This document shows, in pieces, positions 29,948 through 39,681 of a stretch of DNA of 64,000 nucleotides (the first letter of the stretch is position 1; each line of letters starts with the position of its first letter). Both the position numbers and the translations under genes were made by a program. Below the pieces are notes generated by a model. That model was not told the origin of the DNA. It saw only the letters and a list, made by a program, of their open reading frames with translations, and ran no database searches. Source of the DNA: an uncultured Verrucomicrobiae bacterium (GTDB lineage Bacteria; Verrucomicrobiota; Verrucomicrobiia; Chthoniobacterales; UBA10450); assembly GCA_963756875.1 (NCBI GenBank), contig CAVWPA010000003.1, forward strand, positions 704,001 through 768,000. Direction: 5' to 3'.

Positions 29948-32900
29948 ATGAAATCCACCAGTCGATTTACCTATTTAAACTCTGTCCTGACAATTTTGAC
30001 TGCGTTCGCCTTGGTCCTGCCTCTTGCAGGTCAGGCGGCGCCCGGCACTCGCGCCGCGCAAGTGGCGAACAAAGCGCCGGCCAACGACGCTGCTTTGCCG
30101 CCGAGCCGGCAAGCGGCTGTGCCCGTAATGGTCGAGATGAACGCTGCTCCCGCCGCCGTCTCCTATGCTGCCGCGCTGAAATCGGCGCAAGCGGCGTTCG
30201 ATGCCAAACGTAGCCAGGCGTTGGCGCATCCAAAAACTAGGAGTTCCAAGCGCGTACTCGCCCAGACTTCTGTGCAAATTAGCTCCAGTGCCGCGAAACA
30301 GATCGCGAACAACGTCCGGCAGCTGGATCAAGCACAAAAAGCGATTCTGTCCTCTCTGACCGGTGGCACGATCCATGGAAAGGTTCTTTTCCGCGCCCAA
30401 CGCGCGTACAACGGCATCGCAATGCTGGTCAGCCCCGATAAGATTGCCGCGATCGCATCGATGCCGGGAGTGAAAGCGGTGCATCCGATGCATCCGAAGT
30501 TTCTTACCGCCGCTTTTTCGGACATCGATTTTCTCGGCGGCCGTTCGTTTTGGACGAAGGCTCCGTTCGGCATTCACGGCGAGAACGTTAAAGTCGCCGA
30601 CATTGATACGGGTTTGGATTACATCCATACGGATTTCGGCGGCCCTGGTTCGTCCGGTTACAGCGTGGTGACCGATCACAGTTCCCCGGGTTCAGTCCCT
30701 AACGCATATTTCCCGACGCCCAAAGTTCCAGGTGGCTACGATTTCGCGGGTGACGCTTACGATGCAAACAACAGTCCTTCTCCCGACCCCGATCCGTTCG
30801 ATTGCAATGGTCACGGCACGGCCACGGCGAGCTTGATTGCCGGTTACGGCGTGACCAACGCGGGCTTCACTTATTCTGGAAGCTACGATGGAAGCAACCC
30901 GATGATGAGCGCGCTGTCGATCAGCCCTGGTTTTGCGCCGGCTGCGAAAATTTATCCATTGCGCGTTTTCGGCTGCGCCGGTGCGACCAACCTGGTCGTC
31001 GAAGCGATCGAATGGTCGATGGACCCGAACGGCGACGGCAATTTTTCCGATCACATGGACGTGGTAAACATGTCCCTCGGTGCGGACGACGGGTATGCCG
31101 ACGATCCCGATGATGTGGCGGCCTCGAACGCGGCATCCATCGGCGTGATCATCTGCTCCGCGGCCGGCAACGCAGGGGACACGTACTATGTGCACAGCAG
31201 CCCGGCAGCTGCCAGCGGCACAATGAGCTGCGCCGCCACGTACAACGATCAAAACGGCTTCATTTACAATGCAAACGTCACGGCCAATGCCCCGGCGGGG
31301 ATTGCCGGCCAAAAATATTTTTCGATTTACGGCTCCGCCAGTCCGGCCGTGGGTGGCGGCGGTCTCACCGGGGACCTCGTTTACGGCGTGCCAAATAACG
31401 CTTTAACCGCATTTACCAACGCCGCGGATATCAGTGGCAAAATCTGTCTGATCGATCGTGGTGCTGTGAGTTTCGTGGACATGATCACGAAGGCGTCCAA
31501 TGCGGGTGCTATCGGCGTTGTCGTGAACAACTTCAATCATCCGGGGGATCCGCCAATCGTCATGGCGACGGGCGGACAGCCGCCAATTCCCGCGGTCATG
31601 ATTTCCAAGACCGATCGCGATACGATCAACACCGCCGCCGGCGGATTTGATGGCACCACTGGAGAACCGACAACTGCGACCAACGTCACGATGAACAATG
31701 ACGCCGGCACTCTCGTTCTGCCTGCCAATGGACCGGGAGCGCTTGCTGGCGCCGGATCGACGGACACGGTTCCTTCCTATACATCGCGTGGACCGCGCCT
31801 CCCTGATACCGCGCTCAAACCGGATATCGCAGCGCCAGCGGAAGTGACCGGCGTTGCCGTGGTCGGATCAGGTAACGGATTTGAAAATTTTAACGGCACT
31901 TCCTCAGCTACGCCGCATGTCGCCGGCTCGATGGCCCTGATTACGCAGATGCATCCGACATGGAGCGTGCAGGAAAGAGAAGCCCTTGCTTGCGAAACAG
32001 CAACTCACGATCTCGCCACCACGGTAGGTGGATCGACACTGATCGGCGTCGGCCGCATCGGTGCGGGCCGCGTCGACCTAACCAAGGCGAGCAACGCGAA
32101 TGTTGTTGCCTATAACGGTACCGACCCGAATCTGATCGGCGTATCGTTTGGCGATGTGGAAGTCCCGGTTGATGGATCGAAAACGCTGTCGAAATCCGTC
32201 AAGGTGACGAACAAGGGAGGAACTGATGTGACCTATGACATCACCTACCAGGATGTCACCGCGGCGTCAGGTGCGTCGTTCACGCTACCAGCTTCTGTGA
32301 CTGTGCTGGCGAATAGCACCAATACCTTCAACGTAACGTTTTCGGCTACCGGCAGCGCGCTGCGCCACGAACGTGATCTTAGCACGGGCACGAGCCAGGC
32401 GACCTCGTTTGGCACCTTCTCGCGCCAGTATATGACGGAGAAGGCCGGTTATGCCGTGCTCACGCCGACGAGCGGCCCCGAACCGACCATTCGTGTTGCG
32501 TTGTATGCCGCGCCGAAACCGACGTCGACCATGCACGCCACCACGACAGCTGTGGTTCCCGATGCCGCCTCCGGAAGCTTCACGATTAACCTGTCTGGAA
32601 GCAGCATCAACACGGGCGCCAGTTTCCCGACCGACATTGTCAGTTACACCAAAGGATTCGAGCTGCAGTATGCGAGTCCGCTTGCCGGTTCTCCGGGTGC
32701 GCCGACGAATCCCAACGTGCTGAAATACGTCGGTGTCACCAGTGATTGGAACAACCAAAGCCCGGCCGGCCAAGCTGGTTTCGCTACATGGCTGAACTTC
32801 GCGATCGTCGGGTTCGGTAACGCGGCTGTTCCGGATTTCAATTCCGCGGACAAGGAAATCTTCATGGATCTGGATTTCGACAACGTCTATGACGTGGCGA

Positions 32901-33622
32901 TTTTCCTGACGCAGCTTCCCAATGGGACGTCGCCAACCAACGTCTACTTCTCAGAGCTGGTGGACATCGCGGGCGTCTTCGGCCCACCGGGGAACGCTTA
33001 CTTTTGGGAGCCGACCGATGCGCGGTCTGTCTCGCCTACCAGTAGGGACACGAACGCGTTCAACAACAACGTGGTCACGGTTCCGATCGACGGGTTGGTC
33101 GGCACCGGGTACAGCGCATTCCAGTATCAGGTTGTGACATTTGATCGCAACGGCAACGAAGTAGACGAAACACCGATCCTTTATTACGATGCCGCCAATC
33201 CCGGCCTGGATGCCACACCGCCCGCCACGTTTGAGCCGTTCTTCCTGAACGACCTGCCGGCGACGAGCATCGCGGTCAACTACAACGGCACAAACTTCCA
33301 GAATAACTTCTCGAAGGGGGTACTGTTGGTCCACATGCACAACGGGACGGGCAGTCGCACTGATGTCGTTGCGTTCCGCAAACCGACGATCGCCAGCTTT
33401 AACCCTACCAGTGGAAAAGTGGGCGATATGATCACGATCACCGGCTCCAACTTTAACGCCGGCACCGTGGTGAAGTTCTTTAACAACAAGACGGCAACTG
33501 TCAACGTGCTGACAGCGAACACGCTGGTGGCCACAGTGCCATCCGGAGCGGTGAGCGGCCCGGTCCGCGTGCAGAACGCGGCCGGATTCTCGTCGAAGCC
33601 GGGATTCACAGTAATTCCTTGA
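29948..33622 (+). CDS. Secreted S8 subtilisin-like protease (Vpr-like) with PA domain and C-terminal IPT/TIG domain
   Basis: DIDTGLDY, NGHGTATA, SAAGNAG, KICLIDRG (PA domain), FNGTSSATPHVAG; PTIASFNPTSG..ITITGSNF. Confidence 0.93.
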   Translation: MKSTSRFTYLNSVLTILTAFALVLPLAGQAAPGTRAAQVANKAPANDAALPPSRQAAVPVMVEMNAAPAAVSYAAALKSAQAAFDAKRSQALAHPKTRSSKRVLAQTSVQISSSAAKQIANNVRQLDQAQKAILSSLTGGTIHGKVLFRAQRAYNGIAMLVSPDKIAAIASMPGVKAVHPMHPKFLTAAFSDIDFLGGRSFWTKAPFGIHGENVKVADIDTGLDYIHTDFGGPGSSGYSVVTDHSSPGSVPNAYFPTPKVPGGYDFAGDAYDANNSPSPDPDPFDCNGHGTATASLIAGYGVTNAGFTYSGSYDGSNPMMSALSISPGFAPAAKIYPLRVFGCAGATNLVVEAIEWSMDPNGDGNFSDHMDVVNMSLGADDGYADDPDDVAASNAASIGVIICSAAGNAGDTYYVHSSPAAASGTMSCAATYNDQNGFIYNANVTANAPAGIAGQKYFSIYGSASPAVGGGGLTGDLVYGVPNNALTAFTNAADISGKICLIDRGAVSFVDMITKASNAGAIGVVVNNFNHPGDPPIVMATGGQPPIPAVMISKTDRDTINTAAGGFDGTTGEPTTATNVTMNNDAGTLVLPANGPGALAGAGSTDTVPSYTSRGPRLPDTALKPDIAAPAEVTGVAVVGSGNGFENFNGTSSATPHVAGSMALITQMHPTWSVQEREALACETATHDLATTVGGSTLIGVGRIGAGRVDLTKASNANVVAYNGTDPNLIGVSFGDVEVPVDGSKTLSKSVKVTNKGGTDVTYDITYQDVTAASGASFTLPASVTVLANSTNTFNVTFSATGSALRHERDLSTGTSQATSFGTFSRQYMTEKAGYAVLTPTSGPEPTIRVALYAAPKPTSTMHATTTAVVPDAASGSFTINLSGSSINTGASFPTDIVSYTKGFELQYASPLAGSPGAPTNPNVLKYVGVTSDWNNQSPAGQAGFATWLNFAIVGFGNAAVPDFNSADKEIFMDLDFDNVYDVAIFLTQLPNGTSPTNVYFSELVDIAGVFGPPGNAYFWEPTDARSVSPTSRDTNAFNNNVVTVPIDGLVGTGYSAFQYQVVTFDRNGNEVDETPILYYDAANPGLDATPPATFEPFFLNDLPATSIAVNYNGTNFQNNFSKGVLLVHMHNGTGSRTDVVAFRKPTIASFNPTSGKVGDMITITGSNFNAGTVVKFFNNKTATVNVLTANTLVATVPSGAVSGPVRVQNAAGFSSKPGFTVIP

Positions 33623-33650
33623 CAGTTGAACAACTAAAATTGTAAAACCT

Positions 33651-34424
33651 ATGGATATGAGAATGTTTGGATTGCCCCGAGGGGTTCTGGCGCTTGCGGC
33701 GATAATCACATTGGCGTCGGTGCACTCTAGCAACGCAGGAGGCGTGCAGGGATTCGAAGCGGGCGACCCCAGCGTCACCAAGGTTGGTGATGGCAGCGCC
33801 CAGGGCACAATCGAAGGAATCAGTCCTCCGGAAGGCAGCAATCAATATGTCATTACGACGCTGAACCAGTTCGATGGGGAAGGTAATACTTCCGTGTCGG
33901 GGACGGACGCCGTGGCGCACCCTGCTCTTCAGAACTTCTTCAACGGCATTGACAGCGGAAGTATCGCGCTTCCCGACGTCGAGGGTTCGGGGTTTTACTT
34001 CACGTTCACGCTCGCACCGGGGGACATGGGAGTTTCGTTTCTATACGACTTCCTGACCAATGAGGACCGAGTGAGTGCCGTGGACACCGCCTTCTACGTC
34101 CTGTATAGCGGTACTCCTGGCAGCGCTACGGCGCTGACCGGGCCGACAACGATCGCGACCTTCAATGACGCCACCAACCTTATTTCGAGCCCGAATAAGT
34201 TCACGTTCGAAAGTGGGTACACTTCAACGATGATTTCAATTGCATCACCCGGCACTTATACGCTGGCCATTGGAATCTACGACAAAGGCGATGACGATCA
34301 TAACTCCGCGCTGCTCGTCGACAACTTCACGGCGGTCGTTCCGGAACCATCGACGATTGCTTTTTGCCTCGCCGGGGCAGGTCTGTTAGGCGCGCTCCGC
34401 ACCCGATTCAAAAGAAAGTCGTAA
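33651..34424 (+). CDS. PEP-CTERM sorting-domain surface protein
   Basis: Signal peptide; C-terminal VPEPST, hydrophobic helix, then RTRFKRKS. Confidence 0.9.
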   Translation: MDMRMFGLPRGVLALAAIITLASVHSSNAGGVQGFEAGDPSVTKVGDGSAQGTIEGISPPEGSNQYVITTLNQFDGEGNTSVSGTDAVAHPALQNFFNGIDSGSIALPDVEGSGFYFTFTLAPGDMGVSFLYDFLTNEDRVSAVDTAFYVLYSGTPGSATALTGPTTIATFNDATNLISSPNKFTFESGYTSTMISIASPGTYTLAIGIYDKGDDDHNSALLVDNFTAVVPEPSTIAFCLAGAGLLGALRTRFKRKS

Positions 34425-34455
34425 CAGGGACGAAAGTTTCATAACTTAACAAACC

Positions 34456-34490
34456 GGGCCGGGAGCGATCCCGGCCCTTTTGTTGTTTTG
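34456..34490 (+). terminator. Rho-independent terminator
   Basis: gggccggga-gcga-tcccggccc followed by ttttgttgtttt. Confidence 0.85.
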
Positions 34491-34509
34491 ATTGGTTGAT
34501 GCGCGCGTC

Positions 34510-34595
34510 CTGTAGCCACGGCTCTGTGAGCCGTTCCCGTTATTTCGCGAGACCTCTTCTGGTAGATGCGACCGGCCGCAGGCCGGTGGCTACAG
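34510..34595. repeat. GTAG-type REP doublet (family B)
   Basis: ctgtagccacggctctgtgagccgt ... gaccggccgcaggccggtggctacag. Confidence 0.85.
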
Positions 34596-34649
34596 TGATT
34601 GCCCAATTGACGCGGGCGGTTGTCACGCGCATATTCTGCGCTTCTTGAT

Positions 34650-34708
34650 TTGTAGGGCAGGCGCATCGCCTGCCGACCAAAGTGGCAACCGGAGCGGTCG
34701 CCCTACAA
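34650..34708. repeat. GTAG-type REP doublet (family A) just upstream of typA
   Basis: ttgtagggcaggcgcatcgcctgcc ... ggcaaccggagcggtcgccctacaa. Confidence 0.85.
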
Positions 34709-34723
34709 TCGCGAGGCGTCCCC

Positions 34724-36532
34724 ATGGAAAAGATCCGTAACATCGCTATCATTGCGCACGTCGATCACGGCAAGACCACGCTCGTCGATCAATTGCTGCG
34801 GCAATCGGGGACATTTCGTTCCAATCAAAAGGTGGAGGAGCGCGTAATGGATTCGATGGATCTCGAGCGGGAAAAGGGAATCACCATCCGCGCGAAGAAC
34901 GCCGCATTCCAATGGAACGATTGCCGCATTAACATCGTCGATACGCCAGGTCACGCCGATTTCGGCGGCGAAGTGGAGCGGATCATGAAAATGGTGGACG
35001 GCGTCCTGCTGGTCGTCGATGCGCACGACGGCCCGCAGGCGCAGACGCGCTTCGTCCTGCGAAAAGCGCTAGAGAACCATGCCCAGCCGATCGTAGTGAT
35101 TAATAAGATCGACAGGGAAAACGCCCGGCCGCGCGAGGTCGTGGACATGGTTTTCGATCTTTTCGTGGAACTGAAGGCAACCGATCAACAGCTCGATTTC
35201 CCCATCATTTATGCCAGTGCCAAAAATGGCTTTGCCGTCCGCGAATTGAGCGACGAGCACAAGGACATGACCCCGCTCTTCGAGGCGATTGTGCAATATG
35301 TTCCTCCGCCGGAAATTTCGACCGATCCATTTTTTCAGATGCTCGTTTCGAATCTCCATTACAGCGATTACCTCGGCCGGATTGCGCTCGGCCGCATTGT
35401 TAGCGGTCGCGTCGCTGTCGGCGACTCCATCCTCTGTCTTCATCGCGACGGGAGCCGCGAACGGTCCACGGTAACCGCTCTTTTTACCCATTCCGGGCTC
35501 GAACAGGTCGAAATCAAGGAAGCTGGCGCGGGAGAAATTATCGGCCTGACGGGATTTGAAAATGCGTACATTGGCGAGACACTTACTGCTGGAGAGGGAA
35601 GCGCGTCGCTGGAATTTGTCGATATCGATCCGCCTACGATTCGAATGCGAATCTTGGTGAACGATTCGCCGTTTGCCGGACGCGACGGAAAATTTATCAC
35701 CGCGCGACATATTCGCGACCGGCTGGTTCGGGAAACGCGCGCCAACGTCTCCCTCCAGTTCAACGATACCGACACGGCCGGAGCATTTGAGATTCATGCG
35801 CGCGGCGAGATGCAGATCGCCATCCTGGTGGAACAAATGCGGCGCGAAGGCTACGAAATGATGGTCTCACGCCCAGAAGTCATTTTTCATCGAAACGAAA
35901 ACGGCGACCTGCTCGAGCCATTGGAGAATCTCTATATCGATCTTCCGGAAGAAAACCTGGGCGACGTGTTGCAGTTGCTCGCTGCCCGCAAAGGCGATAT
36001 CGCCCATATAAATCACCATGCCAATCGTGTTTCGATTGAAGCAATCATTCCTACCCGCGGATTGATTGGTTTTGAAACAGCGCTGGTCAATCTGACCCGC
36101 GGTGAAGGCTTGATGAGCCATTTGTTTGCAGAATACGCCCCGTTCAAGGGCGAGATCGAAGGCCGGACCCGAGGCGTTCTGGTCTCGATGGAAACCGGCA
36201 CGAGCAAGGCCTACGCGCTCAACAGTATTCAGGATCGCGGCCGGCTTTTCATTGGCCCGCAAGAGGATGTGTATGAGGGCATGATAGTCGGTGAAAATGC
36301 ACGCCCGGCAGATCTGCCCGTAAATCCTTGTAAAGCCAAACGTCTTACAAACATGCGATCGCAGGGCGACGGCAAAGGGATCCAGCTCGAGGCGCCGCTG
36401 CGCTTGAGCGTGGAGCGCTCTCTCGAATACATCGATATCGACGAATATGTCGAAGCGACGCCAAAGTCCTTGCGGCTTCGCAAATGTATCCTGGAGGCTA
36501 CCGCCCGTAAACGGGCCGTCGCTGCGGCCTAG
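34724..36532 (+). CDS. typA: Translational GTPase TypA/BipA
   Basis: [64 protein letters not shown]. Confidence 0.97.
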   Translation: MEKIRNIAIIAHVDHGKTTLVDQLLRQSGTFRSNQKVEERVMDSMDLEREKGITIRAKNAAFQWNDCRINIVDTPGHADFGGEVERIMKMVDGVLLVVDAHDGPQAQTRFVLRKALENHAQPIVVINKIDRENARPREVVDMVFDLFVELKATDQQLDFPIIYASAKNGFAVRELSDEHKDMTPLFEAIVQYVPPPEISTDPFFQMLVSNLHYSDYLGRIALGRIVSGRVAVGDSILCLHRDGSRERSTVTALFTHSGLEQVEIKEAGAGEIIGLTGFENAYIGETLTAGEGSASLEFVDIDPPTIRMRILVNDSPFAGRDGKFITARHIRDRLVRETRANVSLQFNDTDTAGAFEIHARGEMQIAILVEQMRREGYEMMVSRPEVIFHRNENGDLLEPLENLYIDLPEENLGDVLQLLAARKGDIAHINHHANRVSIEAIIPTRGLIGFETALVNLTRGEGLMSHLFAEYAPFKGEIEGRTRGVLVSMETGTSKAYALNSIQDRGRLFIGPQEDVYEGMIVGENARPADLPVNPCKAKRLTNMRSQGDGKGIQLEAPLRLSVERSLEYIDIDEYVEATPKSLRLRKCILEATARKRAVAAA

Positions 36533-36537
36533 AGGCC

Positions 36538-36659
36538 CTGTAGCCACCGGCCTGCCTGCCGCGCCGAAGCCGCGAAGGCGGGGTGGCCGGTCGGGCTTGG
36601 GGTTTTGAGCCGGGAAAAAGGAGGCGAACCATCGAGGACTCATAGAGCCGTGGCTACAA
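36538..36659. repeat. REP doublet (family B, reverse orientation) with a nested hairpin insert
   Basis: ctgtagccaccggcctg[cctgccgcgccgaagccgcgaaggcggg]tggccggtc ... catagagccgtggctacaa. Confidence 0.8.
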
Positions 36660-36762
36660 CCGCCCTGCTGGTGGGGCGAGACTCTGTCGAGCCGACGCAT
36701 AAAACTCTCGGGGACCGGAACCACTCGGGTTGCAAGGTCCACGATCAGCTCACCAGGGCGGG
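36660..36762. repeat. Degenerate REP-like doublet (family C)
   Basis: ccgccctgctggtggggcgagactctgtcgagcc ... gctcaccagggcgg. Confidence 0.55.
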
Positions 36763-36911
36763 CCGAGGCCTTCCGGCTAACATTGACAAACGCCGTTTTC
36801 GAGGTTTTGATATCCGGCCGGTAATTCTTCTTCGCCAGCCACTTCTCGGCAAGGCGCTGTTGGGATTGGAACTTTTTCGTCAGGCAAAAATTAGAATATC
36901 ACTCCGCAGTT

Positions 36912-37667
36912 ATGGCGGGACATAGCAAGTGGTCGAAGGTCAAACGTTTCAAGGGCGCAATCGACGCGAAACGCGGCCAAATTTTCAGCAAGCTGTCGAA
37001 GGAAATCACCATCGCCGCCAAGACCGGCGGGGGCGATCCGAGCGCCAACCCGCGCTTGCGGAGCGCCATCCAGGCCGCACGCGTGCAGAGCATGCCGAAC
37101 GATAACGTCGAGCGCGCGATCAAACGCGGGACGGGCGAGGGGCACGATGGCGGACAAATCGAGGAGATTACTTACGAAGGCTACGGCCCGGCCGGCGTGG
37201 CGGTGATTGTGGAGGCGGCGACGGACAATAAAAATCGCACTGCCGCCGAGATCCGCAGAATCTTTTCCAAGAACAACGGTAACCTCGCTTCGGCCGGCAG
37301 CGTTTCCTACATGTTCCATCGCAAAGGCCAGATCACTGTGCCCCGCGATTCGATGGATGAAGACCGCATTCTGGAAGTGGCGCTTGAAGCCGGGGCTGAG
37401 GAGTTGACAACCGAGGAGGATCAGTATGTTATTACCACTTCCCACGATCAGCTCTACGCTGTAGCTGACGCGCTTAAGAAAGCGGGTGTTACGACCAATG
37501 GGCAAAAGTTTACGTTTATTCCCGATACGACTGTTCCGGTTACCGATGAGACCGTGGCGCGTCAGGTGTTGCACTTGTGCGACGCGCTTGAAGAGGACGA
37601 TGACGTCCAGAATGTCTATTCCAATCTAGATATTCCCGACGAATTGCTGGCCAGATTACCCGACTGA
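36912..37667 (+). CDS. yebC: YebC/PmpR family protein
   Basis: MAGHSKW, NPRLR.AI, YEGYGPAGVAVIVE..TDNKNRT, DDVQNVYSN. Confidence 0.95.
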   Translation: MAGHSKWSKVKRFKGAIDAKRGQIFSKLSKEITIAAKTGGGDPSANPRLRSAIQAARVQSMPNDNVERAIKRGTGEGHDGGQIEEITYEGYGPAGVAVIVEAATDNKNRTAAEIRRIFSKNNGNLASAGSVSYMFHRKGQITVPRDSMDEDRILEVALEAGAEELTTEEDQYVITTSHDQLYAVADALKKAGVTTNGQKFTFIPDTTVPVTDETVARQVLHLCDALEEDDDVQNVYSNLDIPDELLARLPD

Positions 37668-37744
37668 GAAATTTTGCTTCGCTGCGAACGTGGCGATGCG
37701 TGCTCGCCAGAGTGGGCGATCGATTCTGCTTTTAGACTTAGATT

Positions 37745-39091
37745 ATGAACGAAGAAAAGGAAAACCAGCCGCCGCTGGAAACTGAATCCGCTGCGTCTGC
37801 TGCGCCGGAACAACGCCGTCGCCGTCCACGCCGCCGTTATCCCCGGAGACGTTATTACGATCGTGGCGACAGGGTAGAGAACTCCAGAGAACCCTACGGC
37901 GATAATTCTGACCCGGCCACCGGCGAAGGCACGGCCACGGCGCTGGAGGGGGCAGATGTCACCGAAGGCGGCGAACAGGTCCAGGCCGAGCCCGAATTCG
38001 GTGAAGGGATCATCGAGATCTCGGGGAAAGGCTTCGGTTTCCTGCGCGATCCCAAACGGAACTTCGTCCAGACGCCGCAGGACATTTTCGTTACACCGGA
38101 AATCGTGCGGCGGTTTGGTCTGCGGGATGGCATGTGGATCCACGGCGAGACCCGCAGGGGCAGTCGTGGCCCGCAATTGACCACGTTACTGACGATTAAC
38201 GGCGAAGAGCCGCCCAAGTATCAAGGGCTTCGTCCGTTTGAAGAGCTCACCACGATAAACCCGAACAAGCGAATCAAGCTCGAGACCGTCCCGGAACGGT
38301 ACACGACCCGGATCATGGATTTAATGACGCCGCTTGGAATGGGTCAGCGCGGCCTGATCGTTGCACCTCCACGCACGGGCAAAACCACGCTGCTGCACCA
38401 CATTGCGGATGCGGTCGCGAAGAATCATCCGGAGATGAAGCTGATCATTCTCCTCGTCGATGAACGCCCGGAAGAAGTCACCGATTTTCGGCGTTCGCAT
38501 CCGAACGCGGAGATCATGGCCAGCTCGAACGACAGCGACATCAAAAGCCACACCCGCATTGCGCAGCTTGCCAGCGAACGCGCGAAACGCCTGGTCGAAG
38601 CGGGCAAGCATGTCTTCATTCTGCTCGATTCGATTACCCGCACGGCCCGCGCCTTTAATAACGCGATGGCTGGTGGTGGCCGCACCATGAGCGGCGGCAT
38701 CGACGCGCGGGCCATGGAAATCCCGAGAAAGATCTTTGCGGCCGCGCGCAACACGGAAGAGGCCGGCTCGCTCACGATTGTGGCGACCGCGCTGATTGAA
38801 ACCGGCAGCCGCATGGACGAATTGATCTTTCAGGAATTCAAGGGCACCGGAAATATGGAAATGGTGCTGGACCGCAAAATCAGCGACCAGCGCATCTATC
38901 CGGCGATCGACATCTTTCTTTCCGGCACGCGCCGCGAAGAATTGCTGCTTCAACCGTGGGAGCTGGAGAAAATCAATCTCATTCGTCGCGGCCTCGCCGG
39001 TCACAAGCCCGAGGAAGCAATCCAGCGGTTGCTCATGTTCGTGAAAAAATTCCCGACCAATGCCGAGATGCTGAAAGGTATTCCGGGTTAA
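37745..39091 (+). CDS. rho: Transcription termination factor Rho
   Basis: GFGFLR, GQRGLIVAPPRTGKT, DERPEEVTD, GSRMDELIFQEFKGTGNME. Confidence 0.97.
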   Translation: MNEEKENQPPLETESAASAAPEQRRRRPRRRYPRRRYYDRGDRVENSREPYGDNSDPATGEGTATALEGADVTEGGEQVQAEPEFGEGIIEISGKGFGFLRDPKRNFVQTPQDIFVTPEIVRRFGLRDGMWIHGETRRGSRGPQLTTLLTINGEEPPKYQGLRPFEELTTINPNKRIKLETVPERYTTRIMDLMTPLGMGQRGLIVAPPRTGKTTLLHHIADAVAKNHPEMKLIILLVDERPEEVTDFRRSHPNAEIMASSNDSDIKSHTRIAQLASERAKRLVEAGKHVFILLDSITRTARAFNNAMAGGGRTMSGGIDARAMEIPRKIFAAARNTEEAGSLTIVATALIETGSRMDELIFQEFKGTGNMEMVLDRKISDQRIYPAIDIFLSGTRREELLLQPWELEKINLIRRGLAGHKPEEAIQRLLMFVKKFPTNAEMLKGIPG

Positions 39092-39092
39092 G

Positions 39093-39169
39093 CTGTAGCG
39101 GCGGTCAATGACCGCCGGTTCCAGATGTCTGCCTCGCTAAATTACGGCGGTCATGGACCGCCGCTACAG
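39093..39169. repeat. GTAG-type REP doublet (family D)
   Basis: ctgtagcggcggtcaatgaccgccg ... cggcggtcatggaccgccgctacag. Confidence 0.85.
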
Positions 39170-39172
39170 GAA

Positions 39173-39673
39173 ATGGATTGGGAGGTTCTTCCGCCGGAAC
39201 AGAAGCAGGAACGCGCGGCGCTCGAGCCTCTTTTCAAATGGCTCGCCCTGATCATGGACGATCTGCTGCGGCTGCCCGGGACGAAGTTTCGCTTTGGATT
39301 GGATCCGATCATCGGTTTGCTTCCCGGCCTCGGCGACACCGCCTCCGCTATCGTTTCAGCGCTGGCGCTTATTTATGCGGCGCGCAGCGGTGTCCCGAAA
39401 ATTCTGCTCGCGCGCATGGCCGCAAACATCCTCATCAACGAACTGGTTGGCATTGTTCCGGGGGTCGGCGATGCATTTTCGTTTTGGTTCAAATCGAATG
39501 TGCGTAACTACGAGCTGCTCAAGCGTCACATCGGCATGCCGCAGCGATCCAGACGAAGCGACTGGGTTTTTGTCATCGTCGTTCTAGGCCTGCTTTTTCT
39601 GATTGTTTTCGCGGGACTAATCGTCAGCTTCCTGGTTATTCAGGCACTCGTTCACCTCGTCGCTCCGCGATAA
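39173..39673 (+). CDS. DUF4112 membrane protein
   Basis: MDD..RLPGTKFRFGLDPIIGLLPGLGD..RMAANI..G.VPGVGD..FKSNVRN. Confidence 0.88.
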   Translation: MDWEVLPPEQKQERAALEPLFKWLALIMDDLLRLPGTKFRFGLDPIIGLLPGLGDTASAIVSALALIYAARSGVPKILLARMAANILINELVGIVPGVGDAFSFWFKSNVRNYELLKRHIGMPQRSRRSDWVFVIVVLGLLFLIVFAGLIVSFLVIQALVHLVAPR

Positions 39674-39681
39674 GACTTTAA

